Virus record (IMG/VR): IMGVR_UViG_3300029822_001087
Coordinates: 1 to 27,349 of that record
DNA: 27,349 bases
Direction: 5' to 3' (one strand)
Source: a virus
Taxonomy: Duplodnaviria > Caudoviricetes
The stretch's first letter is position 1, and each line of letters begins with the position of its first letter. The notes beneath the pieces are model-generated. The model was not told where the DNA came from. It did not search any database and saw only the letters and a program-made list of their open reading frames with translations. Of the stretch, positions 1-8,760 are shown in pieces. Position numbers and translations under genes: made by a program.

Positions 1-948
1 AAAGGCATCGACGTATCGGTCTGGCAGGGAAACATCGACTTCAACAAGGTCAAAGCGTCAGGCATCAGTTTTGTGATCATCCGTGCCGGATACGGCAACG
101 GCAACAAGGACAAGTGGTTCGAGGAGAACTATCGGAAAGCAAAAGCAGCCGGGCTTCACATCGGCGCATACTGGTATTCATACGCCACATCCGCTGACGG
201 CGCAAAGCAGGAAGCGCAGTCCTGCGCTAAGGTGCTCTCCGGCAAGCAGCTCGATTACCCGATCTACTTCGACATCGAGGAGAAATCCCAGCTCTCGCGC
301 GGGAAGAATTTCTGCTCCAATCTCATCACTGCGTTCTGCACAGAGCTGGAGCGCCTCGGGTTTTACGCCGGATTCTATACCTCGCTTTCGAGCCTAAACT
401 CGGTCGTATCGGACACCGTGAAGAAACGCTTCACCGTCTGGGTGGCGCAGTGGTCGAGCAAGTGCAGCTACTCCGGTAGCTACGGCGTCTGGCAGTATTC
501 GTCCAAGGGCAAGGTAAGCGGCATCAGCGGAAACGTTGATATGGACTACTCGTATATCGACTTCCCGAGTGCAATCAGGAACGGCGGATTCAACGGCTAC
601 GGCAAGAACACCACATCTGCAAGTACGTCCGCCACAACCGCGAAGAAGTCCGTTGACGAGATTGCCACTGAGGTTCTCGCTGGTAAATGGGGCAACGGCT
701 CCGACCGCAAGAACCGCCTGACCACAGCCGGATACGACTACGCCGCCGTGCAGGCAAAGGTCAACGAGAAGCTCGACGCTTCCCAGAAGAAGTCGTCTGC
801 CACTTATTACACGGTTCAGCGCGGCGACACGCTCTCCGGCATCGCGAAGAAGTACGGTACGACTGTGTCCGCAATCCAGAAGCTGAACAGCTCGCTTATC
901 AAGAACGTGAACCTCATCCAGGTCGGATGGCGGATTCGCGTGAAATAA
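1..948 (+). CDS. Endolysin: GH25 muramidase + CW_7 (Cpl-7-like) repeat + LysM; 5' partial
   Basis: Frame is open from base 1 ([21 protein letters not shown], the GH25 N-terminal motif), so the true start lies upstream of the window. Also YFDIEE and WQYSS...GNVDMD (GH25), [25 protein letters not shown] (CW_7) and [20 protein letters not shown] (LysM). Confidence 0.93.
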   Translation, partial: KGIDVSVWQGNIDFNKVKASGISFVIIRAGYGNGNKDKWFEENYRKAKAAGLHIGAYWYSYATSADGAKQEAQSCAKVLSGKQLDYPIYFDIEEKSQLSRGKNFCSNLITAFCTELERLGFYAGFYTSLSSLNSVVSDTVKKRFTVWVAQWSSKCSYSGSYGVWQYSSKGKVSGISGNVDMDYSYIDFPSAIRNGGFNGYGKNTTSASTSATTAKKSVDEIATEVLAGKWGNGSDRKNRLTTAGYDYAAVQAKVNEKLDASQKKSSATYYTVQRGDTLSGIAKKYGTTVSAIQKLNSSLIKNVNLIQVGWRIRVK

Positions 949-980
949 GCCAAGTTTTGTTCTGTTACACTATCTGTTAC

Positions 981-1026
981 GCCCGTGGGTGTTCCTTGAC
1001 CGGAATGCCTGCGGGCTTCTTTTTTT
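981..1026 (+). terminator. Intrinsic terminator after lysin
   Basis: GCCCGTGGGTGTTCC / GGAATGCCTGCGGGC forms a 15-bp stem (4 G-U pairs) with a 6-nt loop, followed by TTCTTTTTTT. Confidence 0.8.
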
Positions 1027-1107
1027 GTCTTGCAACGAACAGGGGGTTGATTTTTCCGGTAGGCAGTAGAGGAAGAGCCTTCTTCCCCGGAACAGGAGGA
1101 ATCAGCC

Positions 1108-1533
1108 ATGACTGAAAATCAGAAAAACCAGATCATCAGAATGCGCTCTAACGGCGACGGCTACCGGGTGATTTCGGAAAAGCTCGGACTGTCGCTGAAT
1201 ACGGTCAAGTCATTCTGCAGGAGAAGCGGACTGGGCGGTGTGGCAAAACCGGAGAGAAAGAAAATCGAGTATTCCGGCGAGGTGGCGTACTGCCAGAACT
1301 GCGGAACGGAAATCCGCCAGATTGCGAAGCAGAAAAAGAAGAGGTTCTGCTGCGACAAATGCCGCAATGAATGGTGGAATTCCCATCTTGATCTCGTAAA
1401 GCGCAAATCCGTGCATGTGCAGACTTGTCCGGCATGCGGAAAGGAGTTTGAGGTGTACGGCAGAACTCCGAGAAAGTACTGCAGCCACGGATGCTACATA
1501 GCGGACAGGTTCGGAGGCGGACGCAATGACTAA
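1108..1533 (+). CDS. Sigma-region-4-like HTH + Cys-rich zinc-ribbon protein (recombinase-module accessory)
   Basis: RBS AGGAGG upstream. N-terminal HTH (GYRVISEKLGLSLNTVKSFCRR), then CQNC, FCCDKC, CPAC and YCSHGC. Confidence 0.8.
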   Translation: MTENQKNQIIRMRSNGDGYRVISEKLGLSLNTVKSFCRRSGLGGVAKPERKKIEYSGEVAYCQNCGTEIRQIAKQKKKRFCCDKCRNEWWNSHLDLVKRKSVHVQTCPACGKEFEVYGRTPRKYCSHGCYIADRFGGGRND

Positions 1534-1690
1534 ACAGGATTTCAAAAACGAAAAGCTTTACCAGGCCACGATGACCGTCGTTAAGAAAATGCTCTCCGAG
1601 GGGCTGATATCCGAGGAAGAGTACCGTCAGATTGATGCAATTTTCATCGAGAAATACCGCCCTGTTTTCGGCACATTATTCTCGGAATAA
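1526..1690 (+). CDS. 54-aa SHOCT-like protein (not in ORF track)
   Basis: ATG1526-TAA1690 reads MTKQDFKNEKLYQATMTVVKKMLSEGLISEEEYRQIDAIFIEKYRPVFGTLFSE. GLISEEEY is SHOCT-like, GGAGG lies upstream, and the start overlaps the previous stop. Confidence 0.8.
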   Translation: MTKQDFKNEKLYQATMTVVKKMLSEGLISEEEYRQIDAIFIEKYRPVFGTLFSE

Positions 1691-1744
1691 CACTTGCTAT
1701 GTGTCTGTTTTAGAGTGATGTATAGTGTCGAAAGGAGTGATTTT

Positions 1745-3502
1745 ATGGCGAAGATTACAAAAGTGGAGCCGGAAATTCCTGCCGTAAGGAGCAGAAAAAG
1801 GGTGGCCGCTTACGCCAGAATCTCGATGGAATCCGAACGCATGAACCATTCCCTTTCGGCGCAGATCAGCTACTACAGTTCGCTGATCCAGAAGAACCCC
1901 GAATGGGAATACGCAGGCGTTTACGCCGACGACGGAATCTCCGGCACTGGCATGGAGAAACGCGGCGAGTTCATGAGGATGCTGTCCGACGCGGACGCGG
2001 GAAAAATCGACATCATTCTCACCAAGTCGATACAGCGGTTCGCAAGGAACACAGTCGACCTTCTGAACACCGTCCGTCATCTCAAGGACATCGGCGTGGA
2101 GGTAAGGTTCGAGAAGGAACATATCAATTCCATGTCAGGCGACGGAGAACTCATGCTGACGATTCTCGCGTCTTTTGCCCAGGAGGAAGTGCGGAGCATT
2201 TCCGACAATGTGAAATGGGGAACGAGAAAGCGGTTCGAACAGGGCATTCCGAATGGACGGTTCCAGATTTACGGGTACCGTTGGCACGGCGATGAACTGG
2301 TAATAGAACCGGAGGAAGCGAAAATCGTAAGGCTCATTTACGACAACTTCCTGAACGGACTGTCGGCTGAATCTACGGAGAAGCAGCTTGAAGAGATGGG
2401 CGTGAAATCCTTCAAGGGACAGCACTTCAGCAATTCATCCATCCGCCAGATTCTCGGCAACATCACATATACCGGCAATATGCTTTTTCAGAAGGAATAT
2501 GTCGTTGATCCCATTTCCGGCAGGAGCAGCCTGAACCATGGCGAACTCCCGCAGTATTTCGTGGAAAACACACACGAAGCCATCATTCCGATGGAAACAT
2601 ATCAGAAGGTGCAGGAGGAACGCAAAAGACGCAGGGAGCTTGGCGCTCTCGCCAACTGGAGCATTCACACCACATGCTTCACAAGCCGGATAAAGTGCGG
2701 CGTCTGCGGAAAGAGCTGCCGCCGGAGCGGAAAGAAAAGCAAGGCGCATCCCGAGCATGTGTATTACGTCTGGATCTGCAGAACAAAGAGTGAGCATGGC
2801 GCAAAAGCATGTCCGGCAAAGATTGTGCCGGAAGAAACGCTGAAATCCGTATGCGCGGATGTTCTCGGAACGGATACATTCGATGAGGAAGCGTTCACAT
2901 CCAAAGTAGAAAAAATTGTTGTCATCGGCGGGGACATTCTGGAGTTCCATTTCTTTGACAGAACGGTTATCCGGAAGCAGTGGCATTCCACGGCAAAAAA
3001 AGACTGGTGGACAGAGGAACGCAGGCGCGAATGGGGAGAACGGCACAAGGTCAAAGCCACGAATCCCAACCGGCGGCACTTCAATGCCTTTACAGGATTC
3101 ATCAAATGCGGGTGCTGCGGGGCAAATTACAGGAGCCAGGAAAAACCGTATGCCGACGGCACAAGAATGCGTACGTGGAGGTGCTCGGAAAGCTGCGGGA
3201 ACAATGCTGTCAAGGATACCACGATGCAGAGGCTTGTCTGCGAAGCGCTCGGAACGGATGAATTCGACGAGAATGCCATGGACGCGCAGCTTGAAAAAGC
3301 TGTCCTTGACCACGGCGAGGTCACGTTCCATTACTTTGACGGCAGAACGAAGACGGCGCATTACGAGGAACACAAGCGCGGCGTTCCGCACACAGAAGAA
3401 TACAAGAAGCATATGAGCAAAGCCATGAAGAGACAATGGAAGGAGGGCGAGCGGCATGGCGGGCGGAAAGAAAGTCACAACGATTCCGGCGACAATCAGT
3501 AA
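1745..3502 (+). CDS. Large serine recombinase 1 (585 aa; duplicated zinc-ribbon module)
   Basis: RBS AAAGGAG before ATG1745. AAYARIS catalytic Ser, DDGISGT, KSIQRFARN, recombinase domain (THEAII), and two IKCGxCG...C modules. Confidence 0.93.
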   Translation: MAKITKVEPEIPAVRSRKRVAAYARISMESERMNHSLSAQISYYSSLIQKNPEWEYAGVYADDGISGTGMEKRGEFMRMLSDADAGKIDIILTKSIQRFARNTVDLLNTVRHLKDIGVEVRFEKEHINSMSGDGELMLTILASFAQEEVRSISDNVKWGTRKRFEQGIPNGRFQIYGYRWHGDELVIEPEEAKIVRLIYDNFLNGLSAESTEKQLEEMGVKSFKGQHFSNSSIRQILGNITYTGNMLFQKEYVVDPISGRSSLNHGELPQYFVENTHEAIIPMETYQKVQEERKRRRELGALANWSIHTTCFTSRIKCGVCGKSCRRSGKKSKAHPEHVYYVWICRTKSEHGAKACPAKIVPEETLKSVCADVLGTDTFDEEAFTSKVEKIVVIGGDILEFHFFDRTVIRKQWHSTAKKDWWTEERRREWGERHKVKATNPNRRHFNAFTGFIKCGCCGANYRSQEKPYADGTRMRTWRCSESCGNNAVKDTTMQRLVCEALGTDEFDENAMDAQLEKAVLDHGEVTFHYFDGRTKTAHYEEHKRGVPHTEEYKKHMSKAMKRQWKEGERHGGRKESHNDSGDNQ

Positions 3503-5039
3503 ATACACTGCCGCTCCGATAGACAATCCGAGGAAGCGCAGGGTGGCGGGATACGCCAGAGTGTCCACGGACCATGAGGACCAGGCGACAAGCTACGAAG
3601 CGCAGGTTGACTACTACACAAAATACATCAAGAGCCGTGACGACTGGGAATTCGCCGGCATCTATACGGATGAAGGAATCTCCGCTACCAACACGAAGAA
3701 GCGCGAGGGCTTCAAATCCATGATTGCCGATGCTCTTGCGGGGAAGATAGACCTGATAATCACAAAGTCGGTCAGCCGATTCGCACGCAACACGGTAGAC
3801 AGCCTTACCACAGTCCGGGAACTGAAGGACAAGGGCATAGAAATCTTTTTTGAAAAAGAAAACATATGGACGCTGGACTCCAAGGGTGAGCTTCTTATCA
3901 CGATCATGAGCAGTCTCGCGCAGGAAGAGTCCCGCTCCATTTCAGAAAACGTCACATGGGGTCAGCGGAAACGCATGGCGGACGGCAAGGTCAGCTTCGC
4001 CTACAGCCGCTTCCTCGGACTGGACAAGGATAAGGAAACAGGGAAAATCGTAGTGAATCCGGAGCAGGCAAAGACCGTAAAGCTGATATTCCAGCTGTTC
4101 CTTGAAGGGCTTACGCCACACGCGATTGCAAAGGAACTGACGGAAAGGGGCATCAAGACACCCGGCGGGAAGGATGTGTGGAGCCAGCAGACCGTGCGGA
4201 GGATGCTCTCAAACGAAAAGTACAAAGGCGACGCCCTGCTCCAGAAGGAATTCACCGTGGATTTCCTGCAGAAGAAGCTCAAGAAAAATGAGGGCGAAGT
4301 CCCTCAGTATTACGTGGAAGGAAATCACGAAGCTATCATCGATCCTAAGGTGTTCGACCTTGTGCAGGAGGAGCTTGCGCGGAGAGCCAAAGGCAGGAGC
4401 CGATACAGCGGCGTTACGATTTTCTCGAACAAAATCAAATGCGCCGACTGCGGATGCTGGTACGGCTCCAAGGTGTGGCACTCCACCGACCAGTACCGGA
4501 AAATCATCTACCGGTGCAACAACAAGTACAAAGGGCAGCGGTGCCAGACGCCGCATGTCACCGAGGATGAAATCAAAGCGGCTTTTGTTTCCGCCTACAA
4601 TCAGCTTGTTACGGAGAAACAGGAAATCACCGCAAACGCCGAGCTTGTCCGTCAGACACTCTGCGGCACGGAGGAACTTGAGGAGGAAAAACACAGACTC
4701 GAGGAAGAGATGAACGTTGTGGCGGACATGTCGCAGAACGCCATCGCCGAGAACGCCCGCGTGGCGCAGGACCAGAACGAATACCAGAAGCGGTACAACA
4801 GCCTGATGGAGCGGTACGAAAAGGCGACAAACCGCTACGATGAAGTGGTCGGCCTGATTTCCGCAAGGGAAGCCCAGAGCCAGAGACTTTCGGATTTCAT
4901 CCGCACGCTGAAGGAGCAGGACGGCGTGATTACTGAATTTGACGCACAGCTGTGGGGACTCATGGTCGACCATGTTACGGTCGGAAGGAAGAAGGAAATG
5001 GTGTTCACGTTCCGCGACGGCACGGAAATCACGGCATAA
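3456..5039 (+). CDS. Large serine recombinase 2 (527 aa)
   Basis: AGYARVST, DEGISAT, KSVSRFARN, NHEAII, IKCADCG zinc ribbon and a coiled coil. RBS AAGGAGG inside the end of recombinase 1. Confidence 0.95.
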   Translation: MAGGKKVTTIPATISKYTAAPIDNPRKRRVAGYARVSTDHEDQATSYEAQVDYYTKYIKSRDDWEFAGIYTDEGISATNTKKREGFKSMIADALAGKIDLIITKSVSRFARNTVDSLTTVRELKDKGIEIFFEKENIWTLDSKGELLITIMSSLAQEESRSISENVTWGQRKRMADGKVSFAYSRFLGLDKDKETGKIVVNPEQAKTVKLIFQLFLEGLTPHAIAKELTERGIKTPGGKDVWSQQTVRRMLSNEKYKGDALLQKEFTVDFLQKKLKKNEGEVPQYYVEGNHEAIIDPKVFDLVQEELARRAKGRSRYSGVTIFSNKIKCADCGCWYGSKVWHSTDQYRKIIYRCNNKYKGQRCQTPHVTEDEIKAAFVSAYNQLVTEKQEITANAELVRQTLCGTEELEEEKHRLEEEMNVVADMSQNAIAENARVAQDQNEYQKRYNSLMERYEKATNRYDEVVGLISAREAQSQRLSDFIRTLKEQDGVITEFDAQLWGLMVDHVTVGRKKEMVFTFRDGTEITA

Positions 5040-5057
5040 CAGAATAAGACAGCTTCT

Positions 5058-5086
5058 GCACCTCGCTCCGGCGGGGTGCTTTTTTT
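5058..5086 (+). terminator. Intrinsic terminator after recombinases
   Basis: GCACCTCGC-TCCG-GCGGGGTGC (9-bp stem) followed by T7. Confidence 0.85.
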
Positions 5087-5106
5087 CGTGGCAATACGTT
5101 GAAATG

Positions 5107-5135
5107 TAGAAATGTTCATATTCATCTGTTATAAT
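5107..5135 (+). promoter_or_regulatory. Putative sigma-A promoter for the GmrSD-like cargo gene
   Basis: TAGAAA-17 bp-TATAAT with extended -10 (TGtTATAAT), just after the terminator in an AT-rich spacer. Confidence 0.65.
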
Positions 5136-5186
5136 AAATTATCTTAATTGTGTGATTTATCAATAGGGCACGGGAAGGATACTGCG

Positions 5187-7583
5187 ATGGATGCAAGCAA
5201 GAACAACATGCTGAGACTGATTAGCGGACCGGATAAGAAGTTCATTATTCCTGTTTATCAGCGGCCTTACAGCTGGAAAAAGAAAAACTGCGAACAGCTT
5301 TTAAAGGATCTGAAGGAAGTATACGAGAGGAAGCACCAGTCTCACTTTTTCGGTTCTGTTGTCTACGTGTCTGAAAATAATGGCAGCTGTCAGGAGTTTA
5401 TCATCATTGACGGACAGCAGAGAATCACCACCGTTTCGCTGCTTCTTCTTGCCATACGGAACTACGTGCTGAAGCATCCGGAACTGGACGTGAAGTCCAT
5501 AAATACCAGGAAAATAAAAAACGCCTATCTTACAGACGAATATGCGGACAATGCCAAAAAGCTGAAGCTGAAACTCATCCAGAGCGACGATGATGCCTAT
5601 AATGCCCTGATTGAAGGAAAACAGCCAATAGAGGACACGAGCATTACATCAAACTACAATTACTTTTATTCTGAAATCGGGAAAATGACAGTGCCGGAGC
5701 TTGAGGGTGTGTATAACGCAATCTCCACTCTTGATATCGTCAGTATCAGTTTGAAGCCGGAAGATGGAGATGATCCCCAGCTGATATTTGAAAGCCTGAA
5801 TTCAACCGGGCTTGATCTGGAAACCGCCGATAAAATACGGAACTATGTTCTTATGAATATGAAGCACAAGGAGCAGGAAAAGTTCTACCGGGATTACTGG
5901 GAGCCGCTTGAGCAGACAGTCGGCCACGGAGAAATCAATAAGTTCATCCGCTTTTATCTGGCTAATAAAACACGTCACCTTTACGATGAAAAGAAGCTGT
6001 ATTTTGAATTCAAATTCTACCGCGAGGACAGCGGTCTTTCGCTTGAGTCCATTCTTCAGGACATGATCGAATATGCCGGCTATTACAGAGAGATAACAGC
6101 TCTGGATAAAAACAGCACGCCATATTCGGATATTCTTAAGCGGATCAGCAAGCTGGACGTCAAGACCTGCGTTCCGCTGATCATGGATCTTTTCAAGGCC
6201 AGCTCCGGCGGATATATATCTGACGAGGAATTGAGAAAGGCACTTGAAATCATAGAAAACTTTATTGTCAGAAGAGAAGTCTGCGACCTTCCGACGAATG
6301 CTCTGAACAAGCTGTTTGTTCAGATCGGAGCGGAAGTTGACAAGGATATCAACGATGAAGACATCAGCTACTATGACGCATTCTGCCGCGAACTGCTCTC
6401 AAAAACTGGAAGAAGCAGGTTCCCGAATAACCATGAATTCAGAGAACGGTTTGAATCGTATGATCTTTATAATGCCAAGCCGGGCATGAGAAAATACATC
6501 CTCGAAAGGCTCGAAAATTTCGGTATCAGAGAACTCGTCGATGTAGAGAAGCTCGTTGATGACAAGACGCTGACCATTGAACATGTCATGCCGCAGACGT
6601 TAAGCGACGAGTGGAAAAAACAACTGGGAGAAAACTGGGAACTGATCCAGACCAGATATCTGAATACGCCGGGAAACCTCACGCTGACAGCTTACAATTC
6701 GGATTATAGTAATTCGCCTTTTGAAAAGAAAAAGACAATGCCGGAGAAAGGCTTCCTGTTCAGCAAGCTGACGTTGAATGATTACATTAAAACTTGCGAC
6801 AGCTGGGGCGAGGAGCAGATCAGAATAAGAGCCGGAATCCTTTATCAGAAGGCGGAAAAGATATGGTGGATGCCTTCTGTGGCAGAAACGGACGAAGACG
6901 CAAAGCCGGAATGGGTAAGCTGGGATGAGGACGCCGATGTTACGAGCAAGCTTGTCACACAGGTCGAGGTCATGGGAACGCTTATCAACACAAAGGACAT
7001 GAGTGATGCCTATAGAAAAATTCATGCTGTTCTTTTCGAGCTTGATCCTACCATATATTACAATTCCGGCTTTTCTTGGTTCGGTAAATCAAAGACAGAC
7101 GTGCGAAAAGCGTGGAAGCTCTCGGACAATGCTTATATAGAAACCAATAAAAGCAGTCAGGACAAGATGAACGCCATAAAGGCTGTCTGCGAAGCGATGG
7201 AGCTTGATTCTGATGACGTCAGGCTGCTCATCGGAGACAAGCCGGTCAAGGCTGCATTCGATATTAATGATGAATCGACTTACAGCGCAATAAAAACCGG
7301 GAAGCTCGCATATGAAATGTTCGGAAAGCTGGTCCATGACAGCCTGATCTCTAAAGAAGAGATTCAGTCTCTGAAGACCAAAGAACGTACAAAGGAGCTT
7401 TTCAGGCACACGGATTATCCTGCTCTGGCTGACCGCAGAGACGCTAACAAAGGAAACAGCAGCCATATCCGATACAGAAAGAACCCTCTTATCTTTGAGG
7501 GAAAAGAGCTTTATGTTACCACGCAATGGTTCGACGATGACAGAGACGCCATTGTACAGTGGTATAAAAGCCATCTGCAATAA
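5187..7583 (+). CDS. GmrSD-like (DUF262 + DUF1524/HNH) putative type IV restriction nuclease with C-terminal accessory domains, 798 aa
   Basis: IPVYQRPYSW, IIDGQQR and IFESLNSTG (DUF262); TIEHVMPQ...GNLTLTAYNSDYSN (HNH). ATG5187 has GGAAGGA upstream and is preferred to TTG5148. Confidence 0.88.
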   Translation: MDASKNNMLRLISGPDKKFIIPVYQRPYSWKKKNCEQLLKDLKEVYERKHQSHFFGSVVYVSENNGSCQEFIIIDGQQRITTVSLLLLAIRNYVLKHPELDVKSINTRKIKNAYLTDEYADNAKKLKLKLIQSDDDAYNALIEGKQPIEDTSITSNYNYFYSEIGKMTVPELEGVYNAISTLDIVSISLKPEDGDDPQLIFESLNSTGLDLETADKIRNYVLMNMKHKEQEKFYRDYWEPLEQTVGHGEINKFIRFYLANKTRHLYDEKKLYFEFKFYREDSGLSLESILQDMIEYAGYYREITALDKNSTPYSDILKRISKLDVKTCVPLIMDLFKASSGGYISDEELRKALEIIENFIVRREVCDLPTNALNKLFVQIGAEVDKDINDEDISYYDAFCRELLSKTGRSRFPNNHEFRERFESYDLYNAKPGMRKYILERLENFGIRELVDVEKLVDDKTLTIEHVMPQTLSDEWKKQLGENWELIQTRYLNTPGNLTLTAYNSDYSNSPFEKKKTMPEKGFLFSKLTLNDYIKTCDSWGEEQIRIRAGILYQKAEKIWWMPSVAETDEDAKPEWVSWDEDADVTSKLVTQVEVMGTLINTKDMSDAYRKIHAVLFELDPTIYYNSGFSWFGKSKTDVRKAWKLSDNAYIETNKSSQDKMNAIKAVCEAMELDSDDVRLLIGDKPVKAAFDINDESTYSAIKTGKLAYEMFGKLVHDSLISKEEIQSLKTKERTKELFRHTDYPALADRRDANKGNSSHIRYRKNPLIFEGKELYVTTQWFDDDRDAIVQWYKSHLQ

Positions 7584-7607
7584 TTACGGGTTACTTTGGA
7601 GACTGTC

Positions 7608-7823
7608 ATGCTGAAAAACAATATAGAAATAGATGTAAAGGTCAAGTGCATAGAACAGGATGTCACGCAGGCGAAACTTGCTGAAGAAATCGGAACGACG
7701 CCGCAGTATGTGAACCGCCTTATCAAGAAGAACGAAGTGGTTAACAACACGTTTGTGAAAATGATGGAAGCTCTCGGTTATGACGTGGAGCTTACATATG
7801 TGAAGAGAAAATCCAAGCCGTGA
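7608..7823 (+). CDS. Small XRE-family HTH protein
   Basis: VTQAKLAEEIGTTPQYVNRLI helix-turn-helix; GGAGA upstream of ATG7608. Confidence 0.85.
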   Translation: MLKNNIEIDVKVKCIEQDVTQAKLAEEIGTTPQYVNRLIKKNEVVNNTFVKMMEALGYDVELTYVKRKSKP

Positions 7824-7836
7824 GAGGAGCTTAAAC

Positions 7837-8163
7837 GTGGCAATTACAGTGAATTTGAGGTACACAGGCAAAGATGGCAGTGCTCTCGCGTTTGCCCGTG
7901 AAATGACGGACAGCGGCACGGTTGCGAAAATCCGTGTGGAGGATGGAAACCTGCGGTACGAGTATTATCAGTCTCTCGACGATCCGGAGACAGTTCTGCT
8001 CATCGACAGCTGGAAGGATCAGGCGGCCATTGATGCGCATCACGCTTCACCGATGATGAAGACCATTGCTTCACTGCGGGAAAAGTACGATCTTCATATG
8101 ACGGTGGAGCGTTATGTCAGCGAAGAAACACCGGAATCGGATGACCGGTTCATCCGGAAGTAA
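7837..8163 (+). CDS. ABM-family (putative quinol monooxygenase-like) protein
   Basis: EDGNLRYEYY...LLIDSWKDQAAIDAHHASP pattern; AGGAG before the GTG start. Confidence 0.85.
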   Translation: MAITVNLRYTGKDGSALAFAREMTDSGTVAKIRVEDGNLRYEYYQSLDDPETVLLIDSWKDQAAIDAHHASPMMKTIASLREKYDLHMTVERYVSEETPESDDRFIRK

Positions 8164-8190
8164 ATCAGAATTGATGTAGGAGAATTATTG

Positions 8191-8574
8191 ATGAAGATTG
8201 AGCATATAGCGATGTATGTTAATGATCTTGAGGCAGCGAAAAAATTCTTTGTAAAATATTTTGGTGCCTCTTCAAACGCGGGATACCACAACAAAAATAC
8301 AGATTTTCGGTCTTATTTTCTCACATTCGATGGTGGTTCCAGACTGGAAATTATGAATAAACCTGTGATGGAAGATCCAGAGAAGACACTTACAAGAACC
8401 GGCTTTATTCACATCGCTTTCAGCGTAGGAAGCAAAGAAAAGGTGAATGAACTTACTGCTCAGATGAAGGATGACGGATACGAAGTTGTCAGCGGACCGC
8501 GCACAACTGGAGACGGCTATTACGAAAGCTGCGTGGTTGCTCTTGAAGGAAATCAGATAGAGATTACGGCGTGA
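8191..8574 (+). CDS. VOC/glyoxalase family protein
   Basis: [36 protein letters not shown] and GNQIEIT metal-binding pattern; AGGAG RBS. Confidence 0.9.
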   Translation: MKIEHIAMYVNDLEAAKKFFVKYFGASSNAGYHNKNTDFRSYFLTFDGGSRLEIMNKPVMEDPEKTLTRTGFIHIAFSVGSKEKVNELTAQMKDDGYEVVSGPRTTGDGYYESCVVALEGNQIEITA

Positions 8575-8609
8575 CAGATTCCGGTTTACTGGCGACCCGA
8601 ATTATTACC

Positions 8610-8680
8610 TGCACACCGTCCTGCACCCCTCCCTTTGCAGTACGGTGTGCAAAATCAAAAATCCTGCACCCCGTGTGCAG
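8610..8680. repeat. TGCAC-based double hairpin / direct repeat near the element end
   Basis: 8610-8625 pairs with 8636-8651 (15/16). CTGCAC/GTGCAG at 8664-8680. TCCTGCACCCC is directly repeated at 8619 and 8662. Confidence 0.85.
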
Positions 8681-8760
8681 ACAACGTTAAGGAGTACAGA
8701 TATAGGAGAATGTTACATTGTATTAACGATATGACGGCAACCGATCCAGCATGCGGTAGC
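8681..8760. other. Putative attR junction between the prophage-like element and hsdM
   Basis: HsdM-like sequence begins abruptly at GAT CCA GCA TGC GGT (8743). The upstream in-frame residues are not MTase-like. Short inverted repeat CGTTAA(8685)/TTAACG(8723). Confidence 0.6.

Larger units (their letters stand above)
1..8742 (+). mobile_element. Right arm of a prophage-like element (lysin - HTH/Zn ribbon - SHOCT - two large serine recombinases - cargo), apparently integrated in hsdM; left end outside window
   Basis: Lysin followed by a tandem serine-recombinase module matches the layout of Bacillota prophages of the phi-m46.1 type. Positions 1-5040 are visibly GC-richer than the downstream DNA. 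The element ends exactly where HsdM homology begins (8743). Confidence 0.75.

Noticed and set aside
961-980. TCTGTTAC direct repeat after the lysin
   Set aside because: Only two 8-bp copies; no function can be supported.
1694-1726. TTGCTA...TATAGT promoter before recombinase 1, and the TTG1694 start
   Set aside because: The 21-bp spacer is too long for a sigma-A promoter, and ATG1745 has the proper RBS.
2435-4973. Long antisense ORFs (2435-3568, 4209-4973) and other nested ORFs
   Set aside because: Shadows of the GC-rich recombinase genes, with no recognisable motifs.
8635-8742. N-terminal extension of the 720-aa HsdM ORF from TTG8635
   Set aside because: It runs through the terminal hairpins, has no RBS and is not MTase-like.
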